Source of the DNA: Mobula hypostoma
Lineage: Eukaryota
NCBI RefSeq assembly: GCF_963921235.1
Contig: NC_086108.1
Location: 25,420,001-25,484,000 of the forward strand
Reading direction: 5' to 3'
DNA length: 64,000 bases
The stretch's first letter is position 1; each line of letters opens with the position of its first letter. The notes under the pieces were generated by a model that saw only the letters and a program-made list of their open reading frames with translations, was not told where the DNA came from and did no database searches. Both the position numbers and the translations under genes were made by a program. This document shows positions 1 through 12,049 of the stretch, piece after piece.

Positions 1-1149
1 GTTAACTCTATTATAGCTATAGGACAGCTCTTTACAAAATGCATGGCCAAGTTCCTTTTGTTGAGTAAAATTATTAGAGAGTTGATTGAAATAGTCATGT
101 TCACTTCTATAACTCCCAGCATTTAAAAGGAACAATGAGTGAAGTTGCTAGTTTTGGAAAACCAGACACTTTATTGCAAAGATGAGTATATTTGTCTGGG
201 TGTAAGAAGACAATATGAAGTTACTGTACCATATCACTCTCTGGTGCATAATATCCTGTGTACAAAACACATTATCTTTTCAGCACATGCCTTAGTCTGA
301 AAATAAACATGATATCTGAATATTAAACTGTAAAAGAAATAAAAATCTAATGGTCTGTGTATAAAATTTCATTCCACTTGAATGATGAAAATGCTGAATT
401 TGACTCAATTAAAGAGGATGTGCGAGAATCAAGACTGATTTGTGGTGACCAGAAGAACTGAGTATAAGAACATAGTTGTATTTGTTACCCCATTCTGCCG
501 CTCAATGAGCTGGGAGGCTCCAAACGATACTGTGAAACATTTAACGAGAAAAGTGAAGGGCCACTGAAAAGTGCCAGTGGATCCCCAAAGCCCTTTCATG
601 ACTGGGAAAGAAAGGATAAAATAATTTGAATTACCACAAAATAAATGAGTCAGAAAAGAAAAGTCCAGACAAGGTTTTTGTACAATTCAGCACTCATCTC
701 AACCCCAGAATGAATTAATGATGCACACATATGTTTTTCAAAGCCTGAGGCTTGGTAACACAGCTAGCAATACAGCTTGGTAACAATACAAAATTCAAAG
801 AATTACTTGAAAGCTTAGTGGACAAACTCATTTCAGGTCCAGCATTTCCAGATGCACATAAAACCTGAGGGAGAAGCTTACAACAGCATGAGCTTTTGGC
901 ACAGCCACATTACAGGAAGCACCAATACAGGAAGCCACAAGTAGACAGAAGAAGATGCAGATTAATCAAATGGCCAGGTCCTGCTAAGAAAGCAGACTTA
1001 ATACTGTTTGTTAATGGAAACAAAAAGATTAAAGTCCAGACTAAAAGAAAGATGATCTCATGAGTGCAGACATAGAAAAATGCCCTTAAAACAGATCATC
1101 AAAGTTTCTGGTGAACGCAGCAGGTTCAAACCATGAATGAAACATATGG

Positions 1150-1550
1150 AACAAATGATAATGGAACAGTAGAAGAACCAATCAGGTTGATGGTATAGTG
1201 GACTGTAAAGGAGACTCTAATCTTGTTGTAACAGACAATCAGGTTGGAAAGTGGTCAAAGGAATTGCAGATGGAATTTAACTCAAGTGCAAAGTGATATA
1301 TTTTTGTAAGTTAAATTTGGATGGGGCACACACTGTGAATGATAGGGTCCTGGGGAGTGTTATAAGACAGAGAACCTAGGAATGCATAGTTCCCTGAAAG
1401 TGCCAGACTTGTCAGACAAGGTGGTGAAGAAGGTACTTGACACACTTGTCTTCATCAGTCGTGGCAATAAGGGTATGAGAGTAGCATTGGAACAGATTAG
1501 GACAAAATCTTGATACAAAGTCGCAAAGTACTGATGGCACATGGATGATA
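1150..1550 (+). mobile_element. Heavily decayed CR1 LINE ORF2 fragment (post-RT region)
   Basis: Degenerate matches to CR1 motifs seen in the other copies: 'gcagatggaatttaa' (QMEFN), 'tccctgaaagtg' (SLKV), 'gtggtgaagaagg' (VVKK). Confidence 0.6.
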
Positions 1551-1899
1551 TAAACTTGAGGTCAGCATAAATCAAAAGGGCGCACTAATATCTACGTTTG
1601 TATCCACTGCCAGTTTATCTCCAATGAAATAATAAAGCTAAAAATATGTTTAGGTTGTTAATTGACTCTAAATGAAATGCAATGTGTTATATTTATCAAA
1701 ATTCTTTGCACAATTAGATTGATGCAATTCAGAGGATGAAGTAGGAACGGAGCCTTGTGGGGTAAAGGGTCAAGCTGCAGGAATACTTCCATAGTTCTAA
1801 TATTCCATTGTGGAAGACACTATTGAATATATTGGATATTGGACATAGTGTTGCTATAACAGAGATGTTGAGAGACATGGAAAAATACACCTTGGTGAT

Positions 1900-2270
1900 A
1901 TTGTGTGGCGGAGTGGATACTTCTTTACCAAAGGAGGTGTAAGGTGCTCCTTCCCTCTGCTAGCCTGCAGGTCACCGTTGGGTAAGGTGTAGCACCCACA
2001 TAGCCCCTGATCAGGGCCATGTGAAGCCATGGCAGCAGGTGGTGGATGGTCTTATGAGCAGCTAGTGCACATCACAAATCCCGGTTATGTGACCAATTGA
2101 TGCCAGGCAGCCAGCCTGTGAAGAGTATTGATAATTGCTGTGGTCACCTGTCTTGTAAAGACACTGCCAATAGGAAGGCAATGACAAGCTACTTCTGTAG
2201 AAAAATTTGCCAATAACATTAATGGAAACATCATGCTCACCTACGTCATATGACATGGCACATAGTGATC
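1900..2270 (+). mobile_element. Non-autonomous retroelement with an RTE-like 3' end
   Basis: 'ggaaggcaatgacaagctacttctgtagaaaaatttgcc' resembles the RTE/BovB-type 3' terminal motif (gaaggcaatggcaaaccac...); no ORF. Confidence 0.45.
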
Positions 2271-3033
2271 AAATGATATTATGTGCTGAAACTACCTGGA
2301 CAGAGTAGCTAGAGCACTGGAACTTGTACATATGGGTTTATGAAAGAAAGATTCAAGATAAACAAGATACATCAAAGATCCATATGCCCCAGGATTCAGT
2401 GTCAGTAGACTTATACTGATGAAAAAGAACGTATCATATCAGGACACTACTGACCCCTCTCGGGCACAAGATGCAGAGAGGAATTAATAACTGAAGACTC
2501 AAGAGGTTCAACACTCACTATCATTTATGGATCTTTCAGTCAGTTTCTGTCACTTGCATGATGGAAATACCATATGCCTTCACAGCAAGAATGGTGATTT
2601 TTGATTATTTCTGTTTAACAGCTGCATCAATGAGCTTTTCTTTTTGAAAAGAAGTTTGTGGGAGCAGTAGAACATCGCTGAGAAATCATTGTGGTGAGTC
2701 ATCCCAGTGGATCAGATCATTCCTGCATTGAAGTCAGTTTCCCAAGATGTCATAATGTAAAATATCATAATTCCCTGCAGTTCTTGTTATTTGCAAGTAC
2801 TATTCTCGGATTTAATAGAATGCTATTTTCTTTTTATACAGAATCTTGGCTCTGTTTACTATTTATTTAGAGGGATTAAACAAAACATTTGACTATACGA
2901 GCTAAGGCAAAGTTTAATTCTGTACAGCTCTTATGCAGGTTACAAATTTTAAACTTATTTACAGCTTGTACATTTGAATGAGCATTTGGAAGACCAGCAG
3001 GATGGATATGCTAACTATTATGGGATTGCAGGC

Positions 3034-4075
3034 ATAAGACCGTAAGATATAGGAGCAGAATGAAGCCATTCAGCTCATCAAGCCTGCTCTGCCATTTCAT
3101 CAAGGCAGATTTAATATCTCTCTCAACCCCGTTCCACTGCCCTCTCCCCATTACCTTTGAACCAAATTTTATGACATGTCGGTGGTAATAAACCTGATTC
3201 TGATTCTAATTGATACCCAGACTAATCAAGAACCTGTCAACCTTAACTTTAAATATACCTAATGACTTGGCCTCCATAGCCAGCTGTGACAATGAATTCC
3301 AAGGATTCACCACTCTTTGGCTAAAGAAGTTCCTCCTCATCTCTGTATTAAAGGGATGTCTCTCTATTCAGAGGCCGTGCCCTCTGATTCTAAACTCCTC
3401 CACTACAGGAAACATCCTCTCCTCAACCACTCTGTTCTTAGCCTTTCAATATTCAATAGGTTTCAAAGAGGTTCCCCCTCCCCATTCTTCTAAATGCTAG
3501 TGTGAAGACCCAGAGCCACCAAATGCTCCTCATACGTTAACCCTTTCACAACAACCCAAGTGCAGTCTGAACAATGCATTATAAAGCCTCAGCATTACAT
3601 TCTTTTTTATATATATATTAGTCCTCCCAAAGTGAATGCTAACACTACACTTGCCTTCCTCACCATCGACTCAACCTGCAAGTTAACCTTTAGGGAATCC
3701 TGCACGCGGACTCCAAAGTCCCTTTTCACCCCTGATGTCTGAATTTTCTCCCTATGTAGAAAATAGTCCGTGTTTTTGTTCCTTTGACCAAAGTGCATGA
3801 CCATACACTTCCCTTCACTATTCCTACTGCCACTTCTTTGCTCATTCCTCTAATCTGTGTAAGTCATTCTGTAGACTCCTTGCTTCCTCAGCACCACTTG
3901 TTTCTCCCTCTGTCTTTGTATCATCTGCAATCTTGGCCACAAGGTCATCAATTCCGTTATCCAAACCATTGACATAAAATGTGAAAAGAAGTGGTCCCAA
4001 TACGGACCCATGTGGAACACAACTAGTAACTGGCAGACAACCAGAGAAGGTCGCTTTTATTCCCACCCAGCTCCT
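3034..4075 (-). mobile_element. CR1 LINE 3' fragment (RT C-terminus + 3'UTR) carrying a ~50-bp LINE-tail insert near 3162-3208
   Basis: ORF 3842-4246 has VPHGSVLGPLLF and KIADDTK; ORF 3607-3804 has LKVNLQVE; (TCTTATGG)-type tail near 3034; insert ends in aataaacctgattctgattct. Confidence 0.85.
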
Positions 4076-4464
4076 CCTCTCCCACAACCAAGTGCTCGCG
4101 ATGATTACAGGCTGCCAAAAAGTCTCAAGAGGCCCTGAGGTCTTTTTAAACCTCACGACCCCCATGCAACAAGCAAGCACTTGCAATGATAGCAGGCTGC
4201 TATCTTCTGCAGTTTGGGAACTCCTTTCACAGAAATACCATTGCATCTTGCAAAGAAGTCAGAGTGGTTGAGCTAAATGCTCTGGTTTAACTACAAGTTG
4301 CCTTTAATTGATTTTATTCCCAGGCAGCCACATTTCCAACTTGCAAACTGTTCAGTTTGTGAAAAGTTCTCAGCAGTTGAATTTTGTCATAACCTGAGGA
4401 AAACCTGTAACCAGAAATGGATGACAGTAGGTTCTAGGGGAGCTTTGTAGAAGAAACCATTTGG

Positions 4465-4535
4465 AACATAGAACATAGAAAATGTACAGTACATTACAGG
4501 CCCTTTGGCCTATAATGTTGGACCAACCATGCCGA
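4465..4535 (-). mobile_element. Short CR1-type 3' end
   Basis: (GAACATA)n repeat followed by 'caggccctttggcc', the reverse complement of the CR1 3' stem-loop. Confidence 0.6.
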
Positions 4536-5204
4536 CCACTTGTGGTGAAGTGATGGCTGCTGTTGGTCAGAAAAGCAGTTTTTCATGGTGGACAACTGCA
4601 GAAAGAAAGCAAGGAATTTGGCAGCAAGGTCATAAGGAAGGGGAATAGCATGCTTCCATTCAGAGAAACTTTCTCTGGAATCTCATCTGGTGCAGTGAAA
4701 TATAGAGCAAGTCTACTGTCATGAAGGATAATCATAAGGGAGTTCCAGGAAAGCTGAGGTCAGAGGAAAAGGATGTAAGAAGTTGGAGTTGTGCAGGATA
4801 GATGGTTCAATATATTTCTGACAAGGAAGCAAACACTGAAATTTAAGTGGAGTGGGTCACTCTAAGGATCGTCTGAAATAATTCCACTTTATTTTGGGTC
4901 TGTGAAAGATAGATGAGTAATTGCAAGCAACCTGGGAAACTCACTGAACGGGTGAGAGGTGGCTCGTGTTGGAAGGGTGCAATGTCAAACAATGAAGGGT
5001 TAGGGATGGGGTATTGATGGAGTTGTGAGGTAATCAAACGTGGCAGGAAGAACTGAAGGTGGCAACTTCACAGAATGTTAACATCCTATACCTGGCCATT
5101 CTTGTTCTTAGCAACAAAGAGAGAGGAACAGAGAGCCATGAGACTTATCATTCATTGACTGATCATCCCAACCACCAGCACTGTCCTGAGACTACATCAA
5201 ATCA

Positions 5205-5860
5205 TTAAAGTCAAAGTCAAGTTTATTGTTAATGCACAGGTATTCAGGGCACAATGAAAATCTTACTTCAGCAGCATCATAGGCACATAGCATCATAAAG
5301 CAACATTCACAAGAAAAACATAAATTATACACAATTTTTTAAGAACACGATTAGACCAAAAGAAGTGCTCAGAGTGTTCATAGTGTAGTGATGATTTGGG
5401 TTTTGCCAGTTAGTTCAAAAACTGCACGACAAGGGAAAAAGCTCCTTTTGAACCTGGTGGTGTATTATTTCTGGCTTTTGTATATCCTTCCCAATGGTAG
5501 CTGTGAAAAAAATGGCACGGCCTGGATGAAGGGGACGCTTGCTGATGAATATTTACTTCCTGTAAATACCACTAATGGTGGGGAGGGATTTGCATGCAAT
5601 AAATTAGACAGAGTCTACCACCCTTAGCAGCATCTTATGTTCCCATGCATTCTAATTGCAAACCTGACCATGATTCCACTAATTAGGCTACTTTCAACAG
5701 TACATCTCCAGAGCTTTTTAAGAGTGTTCAGTGACAAGCCAAACGACCATGGAATGCTTTCCTTATGATTGCATCTGTGTGCTGGACCCAGGACAGACTA
5801 TCCGACATGTTAACACATAGAAATTTAAAGCTGCTGGCCCTTCACTCATACCCTGATACT
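5205..5860 (-). mobile_element. Decayed Rex1/Babar- or L2-like LINE 3' fragment
   Basis: 'aaagtcaaagtcaagtttatt' is AATAAA plus a short tandem tail on the minus strand; the upstream sequence resembles other Rex-like copies in the window. Confidence 0.55.
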
Positions 5861-5995
5861 TGGCTACGTACTAACTGTATACTGTATAACAATAACATAT
5901 TTCATATATTCTGAGGTTGCAGAAGACCTTGAATACAAATTGTATTGCTGCTGCAATTTAAAAAAATACACTATACTGTAACATAAAATGATGTA

Positions 5996-6542
5996 ATGTG
6001 CTGCGCAAAAGTCCCAGGCATATATATTTCCAATACATAGCCAGAATGCCTAAAGCTTTTGCACAGTACCGTAGTAGTTTTATGTATTACACTGTACTGC
6101 TACCGCAAAAACAAATTTCATGACATATATGAGTGATGATAAACCTGATTCTGATATGAGTCTCTATTGTGGACTGAGAGTAGGAAGAGGTCAGGGAGAG
6201 GGGAATCATGGTTGGGAAAAGGGGAAGGGAGAAGGGAGGGAGTGGGAAGCACCAGAGAAAAATTTTGTAATGATCAGTGAACCATTTCTTTGGAATCAAA
6301 TGACCTTGTCTGGTGTTTCTGGGCTGGGTGTATCTGCACCCACGCCAACCCTGCCCAACACTCCCTCTCTGCCAGCTGTCCCTCATCCCTCCCACAGTGC
6401 CCTCCCCTTGCCATTCCCAACATTCTTTGCTCTTGCCAGATTTACAAACTTGATCTCCACTTCACATTGACAATACATTACTGTGTAAAAGTCTTAGGCA
6501 CTCCAGCTATATATATGTGCCTAGGACTTTTACACTGTACTG
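5996..6542. mobile_element. Tc1/mariner-like non-autonomous element bounded by two ~70-bp palindromic units (5996-6071 and 6476-6542)
   Basis: Each unit is CAGTACTGTGCAAAAGTCTTAGGCA-like at one end and TGCCT..CTTTTGCACAGTAC-like at the other, with TA at 5994, 6072 and 6474; same TIR as element 9564-11752. Confidence 0.65.
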
Positions 6543-6654
6543 TGAATCATAGAGCATACAACAAACAGTAGCGTTTAATGAAACAGAACAGTTCAAGTTT
6601 TCTTGGGGTTGGTTCATTCATGTGCTGTCATCCTATTTTTCTTGGATGCTTAAT

Positions 6655-8940
6655 CAAGCTCAAAGTACAAAGTTCAAATTTATTATCGAAGTATGTATAT
6701 GTTGCACTGTATATGCTCCCTTGAGATACATTTTTTAAAGGCATTTACAGGAAAAAGGAAATACAGAAAAAGGGGATACATTACATAAAGAAAGACTGGC
6801 AAAACACCAATGTGCAATGTGCAAAATAAGACAAACTGCAAATAAAACAATATTGAAAACATAAAAACAGCCCTGGTTAATATTTTTAAAAAAGGAGGTG
6901 CATAATAGGCATAGGCAAATAGGAACAAATGAGGTGCTTATAGAATACAAGAAATGCAAGAGTACACATTTAAAATGAATAAGGAAGGCTAAAAGAAGGC
7001 ATGAAGTTGTTCTAGCAGACGAGGTAAAGAAGAATCCTAAAGGATTCTACAGGTATGTTAAAAGCAAAAGGATTGCAAGGGACAAAATTGGCCTTCTGGA
7101 AGACTAGAATGGACATTCATGTCTGGAGACAAAACACGTGGGAGATCTTAAATTCATTCTTTGCGTCTGTATTTACTCAGGAGATAGATACAGAGTCTAC
7201 AGAAGTGAGGCGAAGCGGCATAAATCTAATGAACCCTGTATGGATAACAGAGAAGGAGGTGTTTGCTACCCAGAGGCAAATCAGGGTGGATGAATCCACA
7301 GGGCCTGATAAGGTGTTCCCTTGGTTCCTGCAGGAGACAAGTGCATAAATTGCTGGGGCCCTATCAGGGATGTTGAAAACATCCTTAGCAATAGGAGAGG
7401 TACCAGAGGTTTGGAGGATAGCCAATGTTGTTACACTGTTTAAAAAAGGTTCTAAACAAAAACCCAGGAAATTATAGGCCAGTGAGTCTGACATCAGTTG
7501 TGGGAAAGTTATTGGAAAGTATTCTAAGGGAGCAGATAATAAGTATTTGGATACAAATGGACTGATTAAAGAGAGTGGGCATGGCTTTGTGCATGGTAGG
7601 TCATGCCTAACCAATCCTACAGAGTTTTTTGAGGATGTTACCAGGAAAGTGGATGAAGGCAAGGCAGTGGATATTGTCCATATGCATTTGACAAGGTTCC
7701 ACACGGGAGGCTAGTCAAGAAAGTTCAGTCGCTCAGCATTTAGGATGAGGTAGTAAATTGGATTAGACATTGGCTTTGTGTGAGAAACCACAGAGTGGTA
7801 GTAGAGGGTTGCCTCTCTGACTGGAGGCTTGTTACTAATGGTGTGCCGCAGGGACTGGTGCTGGGTCCGTTGTTGTTTGTCATCTATATCAATAATCTGG
7901 ATAATAAAGTGGTTAACTGGACCAGTAAATTTGTGGATGACATCAAGATTGGCAGTGTAATGGACTATGAGGAAGGCTATCATGGCTTGCAGAGGGATCA
8001 GCATCAGCTGAAAAATAGCAGATGGAATTTAATGCAAGCCAATGTGAGGTTTTGCACTTCGATAGGACCAACCAGGGTGGGTCTTCCGTATTGAACAGTT
8101 GGGCATTGAGTGTGGTAGAACAAAGGGATCTGGGAAAACAGGTCCATAATTCATTGAAGTTGGGTCTGAGTTGTAAAAGTCCTTGAATGTGGGATGTAGG
8201 TCATAGAATCAGTTCAGAGTAGTGGTGATTAAAGATAACAATGCCATTTGATGAGCCTGATGATTTGCAGGGTAATATCTGTTCCTGAAGCACTTAAAGC
8301 TTCTGTACCTCCTGCCTGGGGATAGACTGGTGGTGGAGATTTTTGATGATAGATGATGCTTTCTTGTGGCAGTACTCACTGTAAGTGCTTTGCCTTTGAT
8401 GGACTGGGCTGTATAAACTACATCCTGAGCCTTTTCTTTTGCTGAGCCTTGGTGTTTCCATACCAGGTAATGATGTCACGAGTTATGATAATCTCTACTG
8501 TGCATCTATAGGAGTTTTGATACCATGTCAAATCTTTTAAAAAATAGAGGCACTGTTGTGCTTACTTTGAGACAATCCTCTGATTAGGTAATACTAAGGA
8601 ACATAAAGCTTCTGACCCTCTCCACCTCTGTTCTCCAAATAAGGATTGGTTTAGAGACACCCAGCTTCGTCCTCCCGAAGTCAATAATCCGATCTTTGGT
8701 TTTGCTGACATTGAGTGAGAGATTGTTGCTGTGGCACAACTCCACCAGATTTTCAATCTCCCTCCTACATGCTGATTCAGCATCACTTTCATTAGGCCAA
8801 CAACAGTGGTGTCAGCAGAAGACTTAAATTCAACTTTGGAGCTGTATTAGCCACACAATTGTAAGTATAAAGTGAGTAGAGCAGGGGACAGCACATGTCA
8901 AATCTTCTGTGGTGCACTGTTACTGATGCTGAGTATGGAG
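6655..8940 (-). mobile_element. Rex1/Babar-like LINE 3' portion, split by a CR1 insertion (pieces ~6655-6870 and ~8160-8940)
   Basis: Tail 'caaagtacaaagttcaaatttatt'; KKASSIIKNLHH motif in ORF 8294-8479; RT-like remnant at 8560-8930. Confidence 0.7.
6880..8160 (+). mobile_element. CR1 ORF2 fragment (linker + RT) with stops and frameshifts
   Basis: LNSFFASVFT, STGPD, GVPQGLVLGPLLF and KFVDDIK motifs in ORFs 7055-7348 and 7780-8094. Confidence 0.88.
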
Positions 8941-9325
8941 GTCCTTAATCAGTAGTAGACCAGAGAGGTCACGAATTTATGTGTATCAAGATCATGAGAT
9001 TCATACATTCTAGCTATTTTGACAAACAGAATAGAGTTATTCTCCTGATTTCCTGATGCTGAGTGCTGGTAGGTTTACAGCTTCAGCTTAACGTCATATT
9101 ATAGCATTTCATTATCTAAATTTCATTATTTAAATACTGGATGACAAACATATCTGGTGGCTAGAAAGAGCAAAGTGTGAAGTCAATCCAAGCTTCAGGA
9201 TGGGTAGGCAGCATTCTTATAATATTCCAGAAACAAAAACAAAATTTTGGAAGCACTCTCCTAATCGTTCTCTGTTTGAAGGGTCCTATATATCCTTATT
9301 GTACTCTCATTTATATAGTTTGTGT

Positions 9326-9558
9326 TGGGTACGTGACCAAGTGGTTAAGATACTCATCTAGTGATCTGAAGGTTGCTAGTTCAAGCCTCAGCTGTGGCAG
9401 AGTGTTTGTGTCCTTGAGCAAAGCACTTAACCACACATTGCCCTAGTGTCTGTGCGAGGAGTGGCGCCCCACACAGACTTCCAATCTGTGCCTTGTAAGG
9501 CATGAAAATGCTCGACGCAGGCCTCTCATGGTCTGAGTCAACGTTCCCTCCCCCTCCC
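9326..9558 (+). mobile_element. tRNA-derived SINE with a CORE-like central domain
   Basis: A-box-like TGACCAAGTGG, B-box-like GTTCAAGCC, then 'gtgtccttgagcaaagcacttaacc' similar to the CORE-SINE motif. Confidence 0.7.
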
Positions 9559-9563
9559 CTATA

Positions 9564-11752
9564 TAGTCCTGGGCAAAAGTCTTAGACACATGTAAACATA
9601 TTCTGTAAAGTGAATATGCTTTCAAAAATTATGAAATGAGAAGTTTCTAAATATCAACAAGTTACTATAAACATAGAAACATAGAAACATAGAAACATAG
9701 AAAATAGGTGCAGGAGTAGGCCATTCGGCCCTTCGAGCCTGCACCGCCATTTATTATGATCATGGCTGATCATCCAACTCAGAACCCAGCCTTCCCTCCA
9801 TACCCCCTGACCCCTGTAGCCACAAGGGCCATATCTAACTCCCTCTTAAACATAGCCAATGAACTGGCCTCAACAGTTTGCTGTGGCAGAGAATTCCACA
9901 GATTCACCACTCTCTGTGTGAAGAAGTTTTTCCTAATCTCGGTACTAAAAGGCTTCCCCTCTATCCTCAAACTGTGACCCCTCGTTCTGGACTTCCCCAA
10001 CATCGGGAACAATCTTCCCGCATCTAGCCTGTCCAATCCCTTTAGGATCTTATACCTTTCAATCAGATCCCCCCTCAATCTTCTAAATTCCAACGAGTAC
10101 AAGCCCAGTTCATCCAGTCTTTCTTCATATGAAAGACCTGCCATCCCAGGAATCAATCTGGTGAACCTTCTTTGTACTCCCTCTATGGCAAAGATGTCTT
10201 TCCTCAGATTAGGAGACCAAAACTGCACACAATACTCCAGGTGTGGTCTCACCAAGGCCTTGTACAACTGCAGTAGTACCTCCCTGCTCCTGTACTCGAA
10301 TCCTCTCGCTATAAATGCCAGCATACCGTTCGCCTTTTTCACCGCCTGCTGTACCTGCATGCCCACTTTCAATGACTGGTGTATAATGACACCCAGGTCT
10401 CGTTACACCTCCCCTTTTCCTAATCGGCCACCATTCAGATAATAATCTGTTTTCCTATTTTTGCCACCAAAGTGGATAACTTCACATTTATCCACATTAA
10501 ATTGCATCTGCCATGAGTATGCCCACTCACCCAACCTATCCAAGTCACCCTGCATCCTCTTAGCATCCTCCTCACTGCTAACACTGCCACCCAGCTTCGT
10601 GTCATCCGCAAACTTGGAGATGCTGCATTTAATTCCCTCATCCAAGTCATTAATATATATTGTAAACAACTGGGGTCCCAGCACTGAGCCTTGCAGTACC
10701 CCACTAGTCACCGCCTGCCATTCTGAAAAGGTCCCGTTTATTCCCACTCTTTGCTTCCTGTCTGCTAACCAATTCTCCACCCACACCAATACCTTACCCC
10801 CAATACCGTGTGCTTTAAGTTTGCACACTAATCTCCTGTGTGGGACCTTGTCAAAAGCCTTTTGAAAATCCAAATATACCACATCCACTGGTTCTCCCCT
10901 ATCCACTCTACTAGTTACATCCTCAAAAAATTCTATGAGATTCGTCAGACATGATTTTCCTTTCACAAATCCATGCTGACTTTGTCCGATCATTTCACCG
11001 CTTTCCAAATGTGCTGTTATCACATCCTTGATAACTGACTCCAGCAGTTTCCCCACCACCGACGTTAGGCTAACCGGCCTATAATTCCCCGGTTTCTCTC
11101 TCCCTCCTTTTTTAAAAAGTGGGGTTACATTAGCCACCCTCCAATCCTCAGGAACTAGTCCAGAATCTAACGAGTTTTGAAAAATTATCACTAATGCATC
11201 CACTATTTCTTGGGCTACTTCCTTAAGCACTCTGGGATGCAGACCATCTGGCCCTGGGGATTTATCTGCCTTCAATCCCTTCAATTTACCTAACACCACT
11301 TCCCTACTAACATGTATTTCACTCAGTTCCTCCATCTCACTGGACCCTCTGTCCCTTACTATTTCTGGAAGATTATTTATGTCCTCCTTAGTGAAGACAG
11401 AACCAAAGTAATTATTCAATTGGTCTGCCATGTCCTTGCTCCCCATAATCAATTCACCTGTTTCTGTCTGCAGGGCAGCAAACAGCAAAAAACTAAATCA
11501 AATCAATATTTGGTGTTACTACCCTTCACATCTAAAACTGCATCAATTCTTGTAGGTACACTGTTGTGCAGTTTTATTAAAAAATCGGCTGGTAGGTTGT
11601 TCCAGGCATCTTGGAGGACTTGCCTTAGTTCTTCTGCAGACTTTGGCTGTCTCACTTGATTCTGACTCTCTAGGTAATCCTAAACAGCCCCGATGTTGAG
11701 ATAAGGGAGCTATACAATTTGGAACCATATAAAAAGCTTTTGCACAGTACTG
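9564..11752. mobile_element. Tc1-like non-autonomous DNA transposon (~385 bp) interrupted by a young CR1
   Basis: TA|TAGTCCTGGGCAAAAG at the left end and CTTTTGCACAGTACTG|TA at the right end; the pieces are 9564-9670 and 11476-11752. Confidence 0.75.
9671..11475 (-). mobile_element. Young 5'-truncated CR1 LINE (RT + 3'UTR + (TTTCTATG)n tail)
   Basis: ORFs 10403-11488 and 9779-10372 are collinear and separated by one stop (CAA>TAA at 10403-10405); near-identical to 59537-61341. Confidence 0.97.
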
Positions 11753-12049
11753 TAAATGAGCTTTCTTCAGCATTTATTAATAACAGAGCATCATATTTTC
11801 TTTAATTGTAGCATAGAAACAGTATCTGAGCCTGATTAAAGACTGCTTATTTGTAAGCACAATAGCTTCTTCTAATGCTACCAATATCATCTTCTGCTTC
11901 CTCTCCTCTCACCTCTATTCAGTGCCTCTTCAAACATTTACACAATATACTATAATAGTACGTTCTACCTATTGGCATATCATGCTCCTCCTGAATTCCT
12001 CACTAGGTCTTTATTTATGACTAGCATATGTTTATGATAGTTCAGATGA

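Noticed and set aside
2622..2693. Plus-strand segment between ttaacag| and |gtgagt
   Set aside because: Stops in all three frames; it could only be a non-coding exon and there is no further support
9326..9400. tRNA gene
   Set aside because: A/B boxes are present, but it continues into a SINE body and lacks a clean cloverleaf
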